The notes beneath the pieces are model-generated. The model saw only the letters and a list, made by a program, of their open reading frames with translations. It did no database searches and had not been told where the DNA came from. DNA of 64,000 bases. Origin: Candidatus Latescibacterota bacterium (GTDB taxonomy: Bacteria; Latescibacterota; UBA2968; GCA-2709665). Below are positions 61,521 through 64,000 of this stretch, piece by piece; position 1 is the stretch's first letter; every line of letters starts with the position of its first letter. Location of the stretch: positions 5,024,001 to 5,088,000 of the forward strand of contig CBDCOX010000002.1 of NCBI GenBank assembly GCA_965219995.1, written 5' to 3'. The translations under genes were made by a program, and so were the position numbers.

Positions 61521-61621
61521 ACCTGGTACTCCTACTCTCGTCCCGTCAGAGGATTTCTCGACGTCATAGATGGGGATAGCAACCGGTTCGTTTCAAAACC
61601 GCGGGATGCCGAACATGATTA

Positions 61622-61649
61622 TTAGACAGCACAAACCAGGAAAAGTTAC
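61622..61649 (-). promoter_or_regulatory. candidate ECF (sigmaE-like) promoter of the tolC gene
   Basis: Minus strand TAACTT-N16-TCTAA, close to GAACTT-N16-TCTAA. Confidence 0.45.
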
Positions 61650-62032
61650 CGGTTTATTGCTTCCCCGCTTTCGATGACAAATCACAAAGAAAGCAGAAAT
61701 CACAGGAAAAGGAAAGTGAAAACTTCCGTGTGTGCAAACCTTGATTGGTCGTTGCGGTTTCCGATTTTAGCCTCAATTCGAAAAAAGAAAACCGAAAAAT
61801 TGGCCACAAAAAGCACAAAGGGCACAAAAGGCATCCGTACAAAGCGGCGTGTCGTAACGCGGTGACCCTGCAGTTATTTCCTCACCGGGCCGAAAAGGTC
61901 GTCCGGAAGCACATTTCTTTCTTTCACGTCCAGGGACCTGAAGGTTCCTGGAAATCCGACGTCAAATCGCCTCCACCAACACGCGGATATTCGAATGAAC
62001 GTCCCCGAATAATGACGAATCAAAGTTAGACT

Positions 62033-64000
62033 TCAGTCCCCCCGATCCAGCAGGGAATAGACGGTCGGGATGACAATGAGCGTGAGAGCGGTCGAACTGA
62101 TCAGGCCGGCGACGACGGTGATGGCCATGGGCGTGCGGATCTCCGAACCTTCACCCAGACCCAGAGCCATGGGCAGGAGTCCCAGAACGGTGGTTGCCGT
62201 GGTCATCAGAATGGGGCGCAGCCGCACCGAGCCGGCCTGTACGATCGCATCGGTCCTGGACCGTCCGCCGGCGCGCAGATGGTTGATGTAGTCCACAAAG
62301 ACAATGGCGTTGTTGACCACAATCCCGGCCAGCATGATCAGACCCAGGAAGACCACCACGCTGAATGAGATTCCGGTCGCGAAAAGGATGACGAGAACGC
62401 CGATCAGCGCCAGTGGAATCGTGAAAATGATGACAAAGGGATGGACGAAGGACTCGAACTGGGAGGCCATGACGATGTAGACCAGAAAGACGGCCAGGCA
62501 AAGCGCGAAAATCAGGCTCTGGAGCGAGGTCTGCATCTCCCGGTTCTGACCGCCGATGACGAAGGAAACGTCCCCGGGAATGTCGATTTTCTCCAGGGCC
62601 TGCTGGATGAGCCCCGTTGCCGTCCCCAGATCGATACCGGACACGTTGGCCGATATCAGTACCGCCCGCTGCTGGTCGATGCGCCGGATCTCGCTGGGTC
62701 CCTCCCGTACCTGAATGTCGGCGACGGCGGAAAGGTAGATGGGGGTCTCGCCCTCCGGGTTGACCACCAGCCGTTTCAAATCGGATACGCCGGACCGATC
62801 GCCTTCGTCCACTCGGACCAGAACGTCGATGCGCCGGTCGGCCTCCCGGAAACGGGTGACCACGTCGCCCTGTACTTTTTCACGAACCAGCGTGGCAACG
62901 CTGCGCAGATTGAGGCCGTACGAAGCCAGCAGTTCCCTGCGGTAGACGATCTGTACCTCCGGATTCCCGCGCTGGAGGCTGGATTTCACGTCGTAAAGCC
63001 CCGTGATACCGGCAAGGGCGCGTTCCACGCTACGTCCCAGGCTGGCGAGGCTGGCAAGGTCGTAGCCCCGAATCTCCAGCTCTACCGGCGTCTTGAACGT
63101 AAAAAGCGCCGGGCGCGAAAAATCAACCGTGACCTGCGGGAGATCGCCCAGACTGCCGCGCAACCGGGACATGAGGTCCGACTCCCGTTTCGCCAGCAGC
63201 GTGTTGCCGGAAATGCCCGCCCAGACTCGTTTTGGAAAGGTTCGGACGTCCTGCCAGAGCCGGCCCCCGTCGTTTGCTCCGTTTGCCGTCTCGTCGGCTA
63301 CGACGATGGTGACCCTCGAGGTATGTTCTCCCTGGTCGGAGGTGGATACGGAGGTCTTGTCCACCCCCACGACGGTGGCAATGCGCGAAACGCCCCGTTC
63401 ATTCAGAACCCGCGACTCCACGTCGGCAACGGTCCTCTCCGTGCGTTCCAGGGGCGTACCCACAGGCATGGAGAGTTCGAGGTCGAATTCGCCATGGTGA
63501 ACGGCCGGGATGAGCTCGCGGCCGATATGAGGCACCAGGAAGTACCAGCACAGAATGAACGGCAGCAGGGCCATACCGACGATTGTGAGCCGGTTCTGAA
63601 GCGCCCAGCGGAGAACCGGAGGATACGCGCGGCTGATGGCGCCGAAGCCGACTTCGAAGGCGTGTATTGCGGGCGCGAGCAGCGGAAGGGCGATGGCGGC
63701 CAGCAGGGCCGCGACCGTAACTCCGACCGGAAACGTGATCATCAGCAGCAGGATCAGAATCTTCCCGAACAGCGAGACCGTCTGGAAGATCAGGAAACGC
63801 AGGATGAAATAGACAGGTCCGAGTACGAAGAGCAGGACCAGTAGAAGTACGCCGGCCACGGCTGCCGGAACACGCGGGACCATGCCGAGCCGCCTGCCGC
63901 GTAACGGCCACCGGCATGTACGTCCGGCGGCCCGCCACGTCCATCTTACGCAGTCGGCGAGCCCTTCGCCGAACGGGACCGGGGCATTGAAAACCAGCAG
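62033..64000 (-). CDS. AcrB/RND-family efflux permease (partial, 5' end outside window)
   Basis: MASQFESF, GIVVNNAIV, RLRPILMTT, PMAITV; frame stays open from 63883 to the window edge. Confidence 0.93.
   Translation of the reverse strand: MLVFNAPVPFGEGLADCVRWTWRAAGRTCRWPLRGRRLGMVPRVPAAVAGVLLLVLLFVLGPVYFILRFLIFQTVSLFGKILILLLMITFPVGVTVAALLAAIALPLLAPAIHAFEVGFGAISRAYPPVLRWALQNRLTIVGMALLPFILCWYFLVPHIGRELIPAVHHGEFDLELSMPVGTPLERTERTVADVESRVLNERGVSRIATVVGVDKTSVSTSDQGEHTSRVTIVVADETANGANDGGRLWQDVRTFPKRVWAGISGNTLLAKRESDLMSRLRGSLGDLPQVTVDFSRPALFTFKTPVELEIRGYDLASLASLGRSVERALAGITGLYDVKSSLQRGNPEVQIVYRRELLASYGLNLRSVATLVREKVQGDVVTRFREADRRIDVLVRVDEGDRSGVSDLKRLVVNPEGETPIYLSAVADIQVREGPSEIRRIDQQRAVLISANVSGIDLGTATGLIQQALEKIDIPGDVSFVIGGQNREMQTSLQSLIFALCLAVFLVYIVMASQFESFVHPFVIIFTIPLALIGVLVILFATGISFSVVVFLGLIMLAGIVVNNAIVFVDYINHLRAGGRSRTDAIVQAGSVRLRPILMTTATTVLGLLPMALGLGEGSEIRTPMAITVVAGLISSTALTLIVIPTVYSLLDRGD

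Noticed and set aside
61654-62029. Short ORFs in the tolC-RND gap
   Set aside because: Translations derive from 9-mer repeats (LCPLCFLW / TKSTKGTK); no SD or domain support

Overview
High-GC bacterial chromosomal window of mostly housekeeping genes. The C-terminal EF-hand/dockerin-like tag and the cytoplasmic GH20-fold and Gfo/Idh/MocA proteins suggest an FCB-group candidate lineage such as Latescibacterota (inference only). Gene order: partial TPR lipoprotein, purF, rnr, signal-peptide-bearing sodN, CIRCE-controlled groES-groEL, iscS-apbC-moeB(rhodanese fusion), HlyD-ppdK-parA-parB-ftsY, tRNA-Lys(UUU), cysH, a repeat-flanked secreted metalloprotease, a cysM-mec-cysO-Rrf2-cysK operon, rpsT, FKBP, four oxidoreductases, atypical pyrH-purD-methyltransferase-purE, an M20/YbdK pair, a lysine-riboswitch unit dapA-pckG-dapB-(646-aa transaldolase-fold protein), an M16 pair, dut-ispH, a four-gene operon (GH20-fold, Ldh2, M28/DUF4910-AAC(3) fusion, class III aminotransferase) behind a structured leader, a UvrB/C-motif gene, hflX, bactofilin, TolC and a partial RND pump. 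No CRISPR, rRNA, transposase or prophage was seen. Best leads: (1) the lysine-riboswitch unit ending in a large transaldolase-fold enzyme with non-canonical catalytic residues; (2) a sulfur-carrier cysteine pathway with a masked GG-RC carrier, a MoeB whose rhodanese lacks its Cys, and a CymR-like regulator ending in Ile next to a divergent CysK; (3) the peptidase-acetyltransferase fusion operon with a candidate novel leader RNA; (4) a dispersed nested-hairpin intergenic repeat. All alignments were made by eye and no searches were run.
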